This document shows positions 33,994 through 46,800 of a stretch of 64,000 nt of DNA, one piece after another (position 1 is the stretch's first letter; each line of letters starts with the position of its first letter). The notes beneath the pieces were generated by a model that ran no database searches, was not told where the DNA came from, and saw only the letters and a list, made by a program, of their open reading frames with translations. This DNA is from Macrostomum lignano. Its lineage: Eukaryota. The position numbers were made by a program, and so were the translations under genes. The stretch lies in NCBI GenBank assembly GCA_002269645.1, contig NIVC01001155.1, positions 1 through 64,000 on the forward strand, read 5' to 3'.

Positions 33994-36900
33994 CTACTCA
34001 ACCGGGCCTGTACGTCTCACTCGATTAGCCAGCTCAAAGTAGCTGGTGTCCTGACAGTCGCCGCCCAAATCCGGCACAAACGGCGCCTCGGAGCTGTGCA
34101 ATCGCTCCCAGGAGATGCCGCCAAATAGCGGATGCCGCCGCAGGTCGTTAATATCCAGCCTGCTAGCCGGCTCGTACGACAGCAGACCGTCTATGGCTGA
34201 GACCGCCTCGGCTGATAACTCCGGCTCGGACAGCTCGTCCTCTTCTCCATCAATTCTAGATCCAGCTTCCGGCCAGGGGATCTGCCTATTAACAATGTTC
34301 TCCATCACCTGTTCGGGCGAATCTCCGGCAAACGGAGGACAACCGGTGAGAAACTCGAATAGACAAACGCCTAGAGCCCAGTAATCAACAGGTGTGCCGT
34401 GCGGCAGGCCCTGGACTAGCTCGGGTGCCAGGTAGTCTGGCGTGCCTAGCAGGCGCTGATACTGCTGCTGCACCGATTGACCTGAAAACCGCACGAATTT
34501 ATGTGCATTAGAAAACTGGGATTTTACTGACAGCTGCATCCCTAGACTGGCTTGTGTGTTATAGCTTGTCCAGCCTCACAGACCCCCGCTTGCTGGGCTG
34601 CCACCCTCCCAGATCCTCAGTTGCTGGGCCAGTCTTTCAGATCCCCAGTTGCTAGGCCACCAGCCTCCCAGATCCTCAGTTGCTGGGCTGCCACCCTCCC
34701 AGATCCTCAGTTGCTGGGCTGCCACCCTCTCAGATTCCCATTTGCTGGGCCAGCCTCCTCCCTGATCCTCAGTTGCTGGGCTGCCACCCTTCCTGATCCT
34801 CAGTTGCTGGGCCACCCTCCTAAATCGTCAGTTGCTGGACCAGTTTCCCATGCAGATCCCCATTTGCTGGGCCAGCCTCCCTGATCCTCAGTTGCTGGGC
34901 CACCAGCCTCCCAGACCCCCAGTTGCTAGGCAGGATGTTATATTATCTAGCTATTATTGCCCTTATTTCAACAGAGGCGCAAGAAACAATAAAAGACACG
35001 AGCGACACTCACCAGAAGACAGCTGACTTGACAGAGGATCGCAATGTAACTCGTCGGCAGACAGCGGAGGAGAAGCGGCGCTGGTTGAGGCCACCGGGCC
35101 CGACTTGAATCTGACCCGGGTCACGTGATCTGTCACCGCCGCCGCCGTAGCCGACACCTCCTCTGAACCTGAAGCAGCGGTCAAAGCCTCTTCAATGCTG
35201 ACTTCCGGCGTGACTTCTAAAGAATTTTTCGAATTGTCCTTTCCAATCCGATTATTCGACTCGATAAAAAGTTCTAACGGCGACTTCTTACTACCGGATT
35301 TATTGCCCTGTTCGCCATCCTCCTGCGGCAAAGGCGATTCATCGAAACAGGGAGCTGGTAGAGGCGGCGGCAAAGTTGACGGAGGAAAACAGGATGGCGA
35401 ACCGGCGGCTGGGGTGCCCAACGGATCCTCTGTTGCTGACGCCGTCGCCGCGGATGCCAGATACCTAGCCTGACGTCGGCGACGAGCTAAGCGACTACAG
35501 CTGCCGCTGCCGACAACGCAGCCGCCGCCACCGCCGCCAGCTGAACCGAATGAGAAGTCTGCCGCCAAGGACATCAGCTGACGAGGCGTTCTAGGATAGC
35601 GCTTCTCAGCGCTGGCCTGGTAGCCTCCGGGAGTGCTGTTGCCGAACATGAGCTGCTGCTGGGTGACGCGCCTCACGCTGACCTGGACAAGGCGGGTTGG
35701 TGGGGTTTTAGAAGTTTGCTAAGATATTTTATCGTCTCGGGTCACCTCTATGTAAACGGTGGCCAGGCCAAGAAGCGTCCTACAGTCAGTTGTGTCGTTG
35801 CAGGTAACAGGAAAATAAAAAATGACTCTTGATGACTCTGAAACGACATGTCATGACTTTGAGGCGTTTTAATGTCTGCGGCTCTACGACTCGCAAGTGA
35901 CTCTAGGCGGGGGGGGGGGTTATTATAACGTATCTGAGGCGTGCTAGAGGCTGTACAATCACTGAGTTGCGTCTAAGCGCTTCTGTGTAACCTTATGAAT
36001 TAGAATCGCATTTTGCATTGATAACAATACCATTCAGTCTACTTGAGTTAGTAGAAAGTTAAGCGCTAGCACGACTCTTAGACGACGTTTTCGCGACCAG
36101 GGGCGTCGCCATGGATTTTATGGTGGGAGGGGGGGAAGCCAAGAATTCAACATTTACACGACTAATTTCCTACATTTCCATTATTTTGTGAGAATCGTGT
36201 TGTCAGCCCTCATTTTGGCGCCGCAGGCACTCATTTTGGCGCCGCAGGTACTCATTTTAGCGCCGCAGGTACTCATTTTGGCGCCGCAGGCATTCATTTT
36301 AGTGCCGTAGGCGCTATATTTTGGCACCCTGAAGAAAAATTATTGATTACCACAACGAGTCACAAGGTGGGGTGGGGTGGGGGGACAAAGCACTGGCTGT
36401 CCCCACATAGCTTTTACTGGGTGGGACATGTCTCCCGTCCCCCCGGTGGCGACGCGCCTGTTCGCGACTCTTACGATTCTGCAACTCTCAGTCGCATTAC
36501 AGTCGTTTGAGTCGATAAAAAGTCACAAGAGTCACCCCCAGAGTCGCTAGAGTCACATGTGTGAGTTGTTTGCAATGACTCTTTACCGCTTCTTGTCACA
36601 ATAACTTTTTTGATCTTCAGTATGGTCTACGGAACATCAATAGCAATAAGGTAATCCTTAGGGTTCTCTACTAAGCAATCAACAAATTTCTTCTGAGCAC
36701 GCAGACGGGAATAGCGTTTGGGTGCTTTCACAAGCTCGAAATTTCACAATGTCGAAAACTCGAATGTAGCAGCCTATGAAGGTACGAATGATTGCTATAA
36801 TGATTGTCCCTTGCTATGGAGTTTTCGACGTTGTGAAGTTTTGAGTTTGTGAAACCCTTTATAGCATTCACACAGGGTGTTTAGCGGCCCTGAACTTTTC

Positions 36901-37557
36901 ATCTTCAGACAGACAGACACAATCCGGAGCTTGGGGGTTTGGCTCTATTGAACGCGAATTGTACAAAAGATGTCGCCATAATCTGCATTCAATTTCGGCA
37001 TCTATATACGCTCGTATATATACCTGACTTAATCCAAAATCAGTCAGCTTGATGTGGCCATTAGCCGATACAAGCATATTGTCCGGTTTAATATCCCGAT
37101 GAATAATGCCGTGACTGTGCAGATACTCCAGCGCCGTGGCCACCTCGGCCGTGTACACAACAGCAGCTTCTTGGCTGAGGCAGCCAACAGCCAGCAACAT
37201 GGATCTGAGGTCGCCGCCGCACAGATACTCCATCACCAGATAAACGTGCGTGTCAGTTTGCAACGAGTAATACAGGTGCACAACGTGACGGCAGCGACTA
37301 ATAGCTAGAGCGGCTCGTTCGCATTGGATCTGATCAATTAGATTCTTAGTAACTAGGGTCTTTTTTGATACGCGTTTCACTGCAAACAGCTGCGACTGAT
37401 CATTTTCTTGTCCAGTTCGGCGCTTCGCCAGGAACACGTCTCCAAAAGCACCGCTAGATACGTGTTTGACTATTTCAAAATCGCTTATTGATGGCAATTG
37501 ATGAGGCCCAGCTGCTGCGAGGGGCGGCAAGTCTGCATCGCTGCTAGATGCTAACAT
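33994..37557 (-). CDS. MASTL: Greatwall / MASTL serine-threonine kinase; exons 37024-37557, 35013-35682, 33994-34481 (1692 nt, 563 aa)
   Basis: [38 protein letters not shown]...[26 protein letters not shown]; then a low-complexity insert between subdomains VII and VIII; then [28 protein letters not shown] and AGC tail PFVP..DTSYF. GT-AG phases 0 and 1 are consistent. Confidence 0.93.
34575..34935. repeat. ~30-bp minisatellite (CCCAGATCCTCAGTTGCTGGGCTGCCACCCT) in MASTL intron 2
   Basis: About 12 diverged units. Confidence 0.88.
36098..36460. mobile_element. hAT-type MITE (363 bp) in MASTL intron 1 with short internal 21-bp array
   Basis: TIRs CAGGGGCGTCGCCA / TGGCGACGCGCCTG; 8-bp TSD TTCGCGAC (36090-36097, 36461-36468); internal CTCATTTTGGCGCCGCAGG(C/T)A x5-6. 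Confidence 0.92.
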
Positions 37558-38081
37558 TATTAGTGAGAAGACAGAGCAGGGCTGAACGATACTTTAAATT
37601 GATGCAGGTTGACAGGGTGTAGTCTGCAAGGTTGACAGGGGCAGCTGTAATAGCCAGTAATGAGAGGTCCCAATGCCCCATTTGTGACATTAAATGAGTG
37701 CTCCAAGGATTAAACCATGGATGAAGGAATAGAAAGGATGGTTCATCTGAAAGCGAGTCTATGGCTAAAACATCCTAAAAATTGGGCTATTCCCCCCCAT
37801 GAATTTTATTGGCTGCTGGAATTTAATAATAGTTCCCCCCCCCTAAGTTCTTACTGGCTGAAGCTTGTACGCGAGGGAAATTCTAAAGTCACGATTAACG
37901 TTAGAAATCTATGGTATATATTTCCCATTTATACCAGTGCTAAGGCACCAGTGCTAAGGAGTTTTATCTAGTCATTGTTTAGCAATTTGACGATCATTAT
38001 TCACATTTTTAATGCAGAACAATCCATTACTACAAACAATGCATTGTCTGTAGGATCGTCAAACAGAAAAACAATGCAAAG

Positions 38082-38176
38082 AATCAGCGGTCGCAGCACG
38101 TGACAACGATTTGTCTATGGCTCGCGCCTACCGGCGCTCCCCAGACAATCGTTGTCACGCACTGGGACCGCTGATT
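38082..38176. other. 95-nt imperfect hairpin upstream of MASTL
   Basis: Arms AATCAGCGGTCGCAGCACGTGACAACGATTTGTCT and AGACAATCGTTGTCACGCACTGGGACCGCTGATT; 26-nt loop. Confidence 0.85.
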
Positions 38177-39282
38177 ATTTAGCCATTATAAGCGTTAGAA
38201 ATCTGAAAGAAGGTCATCCAAAGAAAACCAAAGCATCCACTAGACCATTTTAGATAAAGTACAACCTGTAACAATAAATCAAAACAAGTGCAGCACGTGT
38301 CTGGGCTGGAGACTAACAACAGGGAGAGCATTGGGCATGCCCAACTCTGGCAATCAACCCTGCAGGGCATGTCGAGTAAGAGGTGCAGGTGGGGCTTGAC
38401 AAATGCAAGAAAATACTCGAGGTCAGACCTCTCTAACACAATTTGGGCAAAATAATCAAGCCTAAGCAAACTAACCTTGCCCTGTGTAACCTACCTATCT
38501 CATGAGATAACCACGTTTTGGTCGCGGGATCATGTGGGGAATTTTTCAAAATGTCCCCGATCCCCTTTGACCCATTGGGCAGTGCTGTCTGACTGCGAAC
38601 TGACTCCCACTCTGTTCCGACCCCTGCTGCCTCTGCTCCATCTCCCACTCAGCCACACTTGCCTTTCCGGAGCCTTTTTTGTGCACCTCAACTGCCTCCC
38701 CATTTCTCACGGGCCCCACCCCATTTATCATGTGTTTTTCATGTTTCCCATCTGTTTATCATGTTGTAACACGGTTTTCTTGCGCTGTTCCCTCCTCATG
38801 CCATGCCTACTTAGAGTATCGCTTGTGCTCATCGTCACCCCATCTCCCTTTAGGATCCCAAAATGGTGACGCAAGGCTCCTGACGTCTCCCTTACCCTGA
38901 TGACTCATCACCCTCCTCTTGCGCAACCTTTCTCATGCTATTGTTCTCTTCCCAAGATTTCTTATGTAACACCCACCCCTCCTTCCGCTTCTATTTGTTT
39001 TCGTTTTTGATCCTTTGTTCCCTTTTTGCAACTAATTATCACATTTTCCCAGATTTTCTCATTTTTTTGTTCTTTTTTTCGCACCTAATTAGCACATTTT
39101 TCTCAATGTTTGCTTTTCGATTGCTTTCGATTCTCCCCAATTATCCCTGATTTCCATTTCCTTTGTTCTCGATCTGGACCCCATCGTTCTCAATGTTTGT
39201 TTGCGCAGCAGTTTTTCGACCCCCCGCTGTGCTCATTTTCCCACCAACCCCCCTCTGGATTGCACGATTTTCCCATTTCTCA

Positions 39283-40640
39283 TGTTGCTATGCCGTTCTC
39301 ATATTTCACATCATGACTCATTCTGACGTCATTTTCCCGGCGGCCAATCAGAGAGAGTGAGTCATGGAAACAACCTTGGAGCGGCGACCGTGATGACTAT
39401 TTAAGGAAGTGATTTTCGGCGTGAGAACCTTCAACTTTTGGCCTTGGGTCTTCTCCAATACCTTCGCCCACTTTGGCTTCTCATCCTACCTTTGGACTTA
39501 CCTTGTCTATAAGACGAACCTCTACCAGTCCGAGTCCGCGGTCCAATACCGCCAAGTTTCCCCAGCTCCCCAAGCGAGCTCATCTGCCGGCCCGCAGTCT
39601 GATACCGCCTAGCATCCTCAGCATCACCTGAGCTTCATCAGTGCCTCGTCGCTTCAGCGCATCGCTGCTTCACTATCTGCCTGTCCGCAGGCTACACATA
39701 CATGCGCAACCTTGGGAATTACCCAGCCGTTTCTATTGGCAACACACACATGTAAGTCGCTATTGGCTGAGAGCAGTCCGGTGACTACTATTCCGTCCAA
39801 TAGCGACTTACATGTGTGTGTTGCCAATAGAAATGGCTGGGTGAATCCCTAGGTTGCGCCCAAGCATGAGGCTACAGCCGCCCTTGGTCACTCTATCACT
39901 CTCTCTCTCTCTCTCTCTCTGCGCAGCTGCCGGTGAGTTCCTGTACTGATTTGTGCTCTAATTGCATTTGCTTATCCGGGGTTTGCTTATTTCCCATTGC
40001 TTGATTAGAGAACTGAGCCAATTGTGTACCATTGTATCCTGCTGTATTTTACTCAATAGTGAAGCCACCTAATTGCCTGTTAATTTCGCCTAAGGGTCTA
40101 ATTACTAAGGATTACTAACTACCTCATTTTTCACACCTTCACCATCATTTCACTCATGGCTTGCTGAGCCTTTCTCCCTGGGTGGCAAAGCATAAGGAAG
40201 TTTGGGTAAGCTAATGGCGTCTCCCTGTGCAAAACCTGCCTGTGTGTACGCTGTGAATCTGTTTGTGCGTGTAGTAGAGGGAATTAGTGGATCTTGGCAC
40301 AGAATGGCAGCAGGAAGGTTGCAACACCCTGCTTACGCATCCCTTTGCCTTGAGCAAGCTAAACTATAGCTAGTACATGCTCACCTCACACTACTCTTAG
40401 TGATTGAAGCTGCGAGTCTATCTCATTCATAACTACAAAGGACTCCCTGCTGAGAAATCTTCTAGATTGATCCTAGAGTTCCCAAATATGCCCCAAGCAG
40501 AGTCCCTGTACTCGGCTGCATGCATCTCCCCTGTTAGCCTAAATCCCCTGGTAACCAAAACCAGGGAAGGCTCTAGCCTCAAAAGGTCTAGTCGTTAGAT
40601 CCAGGTACACTAGGTCATATAGAGTGGTGGCAGCCATTTG
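39283..40640 (+). mobile_element. LTR-like non-coding segment with tRNA-Leu PBS-like motif (40625-40634); boundaries approximate
   Basis: TGACTCA/TGAGTCA, CCAAT and TATTTAAG (~39398) promoter-like cluster; TGGTGGCAGC downstream. Confidence 0.4.
39697..39868. mobile_element. 172-bp foldback MITE, 8-bp TSD
   Basis: ~63-bp arms 39704-39766 and 39797-39859; CA..TG termini; TSD AGGCTACA (39689-39696, 39869-39876). Confidence 0.85.
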
Positions 40641-43600
40641 GTCATGCTATGGCTAAGTGACAAATATTTGCATCTTGGCTACAAGTGGGATCCATGTGGA
40701 TCCTTGGCCTTCTGGTCACAAAAGCATTACCAAAGCTATCAAACATGTGGGTAGGATAGTCTAGTACTAGAGGTCCATCAGGTCATTGCCTAATCATAGG
40801 CAGCCTACAGTCATTGCCCCCCCCCTATGGTCATATATTCTCCTCCCTGCAGAATGGATAGTCATCAAAGGTGGTAACATTATATGCTTATATTTAATTA
40901 GAAAATGTGTCATCTTAGAAAGTTGTATAAATATGATTGTTAGCCATGCGCAATACACCTTAATAAGAAGGGGACATATTTTAATAAATGATAAATGTCT
41001 ATCTTAGCTCAAGAGTTTATTTTTTTCTTGATGCAAAGATGTATTAGAAATGGATTAAAATTTTGATTTCCTTCAGTTATTAATTCTATCTTTATATGAT
41101 AAGGACACAAATAATTGCTAGACCTAAACAAGACAAGAGAGAAAAACTTAAAATTAGTAATACATTTTGCATTTATTTAGACATAGACCTATTTAGTATT
41201 ATAATTGTTTAGCATAATTTAACCTTTAACTACAAGTCTACAATAGCAACTTTATTTAGGACTTGAAGTCTAATTACTTATAAGCCTTAAAATAATTATA
41301 TATAAGCATTATATAAAACATACTTAAGTAACCTCTTAAGTTTAAAGTAATTCATAAGATTTTAAAATTAGGTCCTAATGGTTCAACATCATATAATTGT
41401 AGGGGTTCCGATGAGGTTTGTGAAATATGTCCCAAAACACGAAAAACGTGAAAATGTGTCCTACGTAGAATGAAGAAAAAAGGTACTAAATTACGAAATA
41501 AAGACAAACTGAAATATACAACAGAAACTAGACAAATTATACTTTCCAAAATGTGTTGAACCTTCTTATAGTATGACATAAGAAAAAAGTTATACGTGTC
41601 GAAAGTTACCACAAAAAGCGTCACAAATACGAAATGAAGCCAATCGTAAAATGAGGGTTCATACGGCCAATTGAAATATCACCTTAAAGCGTGCTAGGAA
41701 TAACAAATTAAATGAAAGGAATGAATAAAGGATATAGTAAAGCACAAATTTTGCAATAAAAAAAATGAAAAAAAAATTTCTAAGGCCCCTTTACTGTCAG
41801 TTGAAAATTTTCAACACGTTTTTCTTTGTGTCGTCATGAAAGGCCGCATTTTAAACAATTCAATTTGATATGCGGGTAACCTTTGCTCCATTTTGCCAAA
41901 AAGAGGCATCTTGAATGACTTGCCGCAAGGCAGCTGAGCCTATGTTCCTTTATACATGTAAACTGCCATTAAGAAAACAATAAAGTTGATGTCTGTCTTC
42001 ACAGATGCGGAGACAAGGAAATTAAACATGTTTAATATGCAGATTTCCATGCTGAATGACATGGTATAAGTCCCATTGCATGAAAGTTTGCCGCAAGGTC
42101 AATATTTAAGTTAACCTGCCAAAAAATGCGCGTCTACTTGTAGTAGATAAATGGTAAATTTGCAGATTTTTTTTCGTTTTTGCATTGGAATCGATATTCC
42201 ATTAACAATGATTTGCTCTTTGGCTTCTTCCATTGAGTGGATCAAGTCGGTGGTTTCAAGGTGAAGAATTTTGCCGCTAGACTGCCCCTGCGAAAGGGCA
42301 GGGAGGCTCTCAGCCTGAACCATATGGATAGCAAATTGTACTTTTTGCGCAAAAAAAGGTCACAGGCCGTAATGCAAAAATGCCATAAGGAATTACAAAA
42401 TTTTCTACAACTAAAAATGCTATAACTTTTTTATTCCTTGACAGAAATTAACAAGTGAGGCCATTTTGGATTTTGGTTGCAGAGATCTACTTAGCTGCCC
42501 AAAAATATCCAAGAATAAAAAATGTTTCAAAACCTCACTGGAACCCCTAGGCCTAATAATTGTTAGAATTCTTATAAATAGTCTTTGAACTTTATATTAT
42601 AAATAAAATTAAATTTTTGGAATAAAACTTCTTAGCCATTAGGCCTAAGGCTAGGTTGAATGCTTATTGTATATAATAAATAGAATAGGCATTGATGAAC
42701 TAGTTTTTATTTATACATTATAAATTATATATATACTAATTATATTTATATTAGGCCTATATGCATAGGTCTAGTATATATTATCATATTAAAATTCATA
42801 GGTCTAGGCATAGCCACATAGCTAGCCTTAGCTAGAATTCTAAATAAAATAGTTAGGCCTTGTATATTCAAGCAATTTATTAGGCTCCATTACTTTTACT
42901 AATAGGGCCTAGGCCTATCTAGTCTTTCCACTTTCACCATTCACCAAGCTCAAAAATATATAGCTAATATAGGTAGCAAGAAATTTTATATACAGCCATA
43001 TAATTTGCAGGCTATAGGCCCTACGCCTATGCCTATTCCTTGTTGACCAAGTGTTAAAACTGAGTAAAATACAAACTAACTTCATGAATTTGACTGTTTC
43101 AATAATTTTTTTGCTATTAGCAATGCTAGTTTAAATTAAAACTAAATAAATTATAACCCAAAATGTCCCAGAAAAAAATAACGAGAATAACCTAATACTA
43201 CATAATAAATATGATTACCATTCAATTATTTGACTTGATTTTAAGTTTAAAGTTAAAGTTTCTGTCTCAAACAAAAAATTAAAATGATAAATTAAGTCGT
43301 TAAGAGTACAATTTTGCTACTGACGTGAGGCTGTTAGCAGTTACACACATAGCGGATGAACATTGAAGTTTCTTGAACTGAAGAAAACGAGTACTAAGTA
43401 TCAGTACTAGACCTAGTCTAAAGTAATGAATGGACTTCGTGACCGTAGCGAGCGACGGGAACGCACGTGCAAAGAATATCGAGATTTTTACGTGTTACAA
43501 CAAAATGTGTACTATAAAAGTTTTTAAGCTATACATAAGTAAAATTTCTGATGCTTGAAATTTAAATATTCAATATGCAATTTAATTTAACAGATTTCAA

Positions 43601-43823
43601 TTATGTTAAAAATTCTAGACTGGTAGACACTGAGGCATCGAACAAATTTGATTCGCCACCAAAATTATTATTTTTTATTTGAGCAGTTCATCTTGTACAT
43701 CGTTTTTCTGACTTAATTTAGCATGCACAAGTATCCCAATATAGGCTTCCATTCCCTGAAAGACCTTAAAATGTAATGTGATAATTGCTTACACTCTGCC
43801 GACCGACTGGAGCAAGATCTACA

Positions 43824-46800
43824 ATGTCACACTCAACTGGAACGGCAGCAGATGTTAACTGGATGATCGATGACTATTTCGAACAACTGCTAAAAACTGA
43901 TAGGGAGGAATTCGGCTATGCATTAGAACTAATGGTAGATGATCTTCATAAGAAAAAAGAAAAGACAGTCAACCGTTTTATGTGCCATCAAAGAATAAAT
44001 GAGTTTTTATTCGCACTTTTGCGACTACTAAATGACGAAAACATGCGGTAAGAATTACTCGTAGTTATAAAATCCAAAATACTATTTATTAAAATGCTTA
44101 GCAGAAAATATATCAAAGAGCTTAGTATTTTTAACTATTTTAAGGTGAAGCTTTTTCCGCCTCTTTAGTTACCATTAAATATTAACAACCTCCGTTTGTA
44201 AGAATATTTCAATTTATAGCTGATGATGAACTAATCCATTAGCTACATATCATTAGTCATCCGTTAAAGTTCAACTTTCTCAACACAACTGACCCTACAG
44301 AGTTGCGGGAAATACAGCCTACATCCTGGGCTGCCTTGCTGAGAGTCAACTGGGCTGCTATAGACTGCTGTCTACTGTCACAAGCAATAAAAAATTCAAA
44401 GTTTTACAGTCGCTCGTAAGCATGCTTAATGTTTCTGACGGTGAAACGGTTATGAATGCTGCTGGTACCATAGGAACTCTGGTGAGTTTACCATTAGGAT
44501 TTTTTGCATCCAATTTTTCAAGAAACATATTAAACTAAAGTAACACATTGGTGTCTATAATTCCATGCAGGCTGAGAGTAAAGAAGGTCGAGATTGGATT
44601 CTCGACGAAGATTGCCTGCACGATCTGATCGATTTCTGCTCCAGCCTGCTGGCCAGTGACAATCAGTGGACAGGCAGCAATGCAGCTCTGGTTCTGGCGA
44701 GGTAAACTGCAGCCTGAGTAGCGTCGCTTTTCTCCCTGAGTAGTCCCTGAGTAGTGTAACTTCTCTTCCTGAGTAGGGTAACCTCTCCCTAAGTAGGGCA
44801 ACCTCTCTCCCTGAGTAGGGTCTCCTCTATCCCTGAGTAGGGTCTCCTCTATCCCTGAGTAGGGTCTCCGCTCTCCTTGAGTAGGGTCTCCTCTCTCCCT
44901 GAGTAGGGCGGATCTCCTCTCTACTTTCCTGGGTAAAGCGACTGCATAAATCAAGCACAGATTACAGCCTATTCAATCGAGTACAACACAACAATCTCAT
45001 TGTCTTATCGCCTTGTCAACCCGATCAGACTGTCAATCAGCGATCGCGGCTGCTCCAAACTGGCCAATCACACTCAGGCCGCGACCCTGCTCAGCCGTCT
45101 CTGCCGAGCACTCGGCTGCGACGAAGCCGGTCGCGGCATGAACGCCGCCTTCGCCTTGGGCCGCTTGGTCGACACGCCGTTAGTGTCGACGTTGTCGGGC
45201 GCTCCCTGCAGCCTGCTGGAACGCCTGTCTACCGACGATCTCAACTGGATGGTGCGGGATCTCGCCGATATGACTGCCAGCTCGGATGGTCAGTCCGCGG
45301 CAGCTGATGCCGGCTCGGCTAAGAACGCCTGCTTCTGCCTGAGCTGCCTGGCTGGCAGCCAGTTCGGCCACGGCCTCGTGCTGGCCGACCAGCAGCTCGC
45401 GGCTCGGCTTCTTGACCGCCTGGCGCGCCTGCTGACTGGCCCCGATGAGGAGACGGCCTGGTTCGCCGCGCTGTGAGCTGGCGGCGCTGATGGCGTGGAT
45501 AGTGATGGTGATGGTGATGGTGATGGTGATGGAGATGGAGATGGTGATGGTGATGGTGATGGAGATGGTGATGGTGATGGTGATGGTGATGGTGATGGTG
45601 ATGGTGATGGAGATGGTGATGGTGATGGTGATGGTGATGGTGATGGAGATGGAGATGGAGATGGTGATGCTGATGCTGATGCTGATTGTGATGGAGATGG
45701 TGATGAAGATAGTGAAGGTGATGAAGATGGAGATGAAGATGGGTGTTTTTTTCATGATTATCGATTAATCAATAACGTTTCAAATATTGGTTCATTTGCA
45801 ATCGTTCGCATGCTACACAAATCTTTAAAATAAAATTCCAACAAAATTTTTCCTACACTCCTTCAGCGCTATTCGAATTCTGTCTTCCAAGGCGAAAGGT
45901 GCAAAGTTTTTGCGCAGCCAACCGCAAGTTGTGGCCACCCTGCAGGTTCGATGGCTCAATATTGCTGCACACTGAGCATTCGACCATAGACAATTGAAGT
46001 CAAGGAATAACTCTATACCCTTTTGCTGCTTTTTAACTTCTGCTTCCAGAAGCTGGCCAGCGACCCGGCTGTGTCGCCAGATTTGAGAGAGGAAATTTTG
46101 AGCACTCTGGAGTTTTTGAAACCGCTGGACAAGCCGTTTCCACCGATGGTTGAGGGTAGGCCGCGAGCTTCTCATTTTTATCTGGTTTTAGATTTTCCCT
46201 CTATCCAAGATTCCCATGCTTGCTGGAAATCTCTCACTGACTGCTAAAAATGGAAGTGATTTCAACTCATTCTTTTACTGTCTTAAACCCGCTCTTTCCT
46301 TTCTCTGCCCTTTCCTTCTCCTCCTTCCCTTTCCTTTCCTTCTCTTAGTTTCCATTCTCTTCTCTTCTCTTCTCTTCTCTTCTCTTCTCTTCTCTTCTCT
46401 TCTCTTCTCTTCTCTTCTCTTCTCTTCTCTTCTCTTCTCTTCTCTTGTCTTCACTTCTCTTCTATTCCATTCTCTTCCTTTAAAAGCATGTTTAAAATTT
46501 AAAATCGATCTAGAGAATTCGACCTCTGAAAATTGCAGTTCGAGGTTGCACCGAGCTCAACATTCGCTGGTTAGCAACCGAGCCTAAGAACGAATTTCCG
46601 GTCAGCTACGAGCTGCACTGCGGCCAGGGCTTGATCTACAGCGGTGAAGAAACCCAGTATTGCTTGAAGAATTTGAGTCCGGCTACCAATTACGCCTTTC
46701 GATTGAGAGTTTGCACGGAGGTGGATAAAAGTCCTTTTTCTGAGGCCATTATTGCAACTACGGAAGAGGCAGGTGAGTGTTTTTCGAAGGCAGAGTTTGA

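Noticed and set aside
45180-45833. Poly-(DG), poly-(MV) and poly-(IT) ORFs
   Set aside because: A (GATGGT)n microsatellite lying inside a phase-consistent intron (45473-45866).
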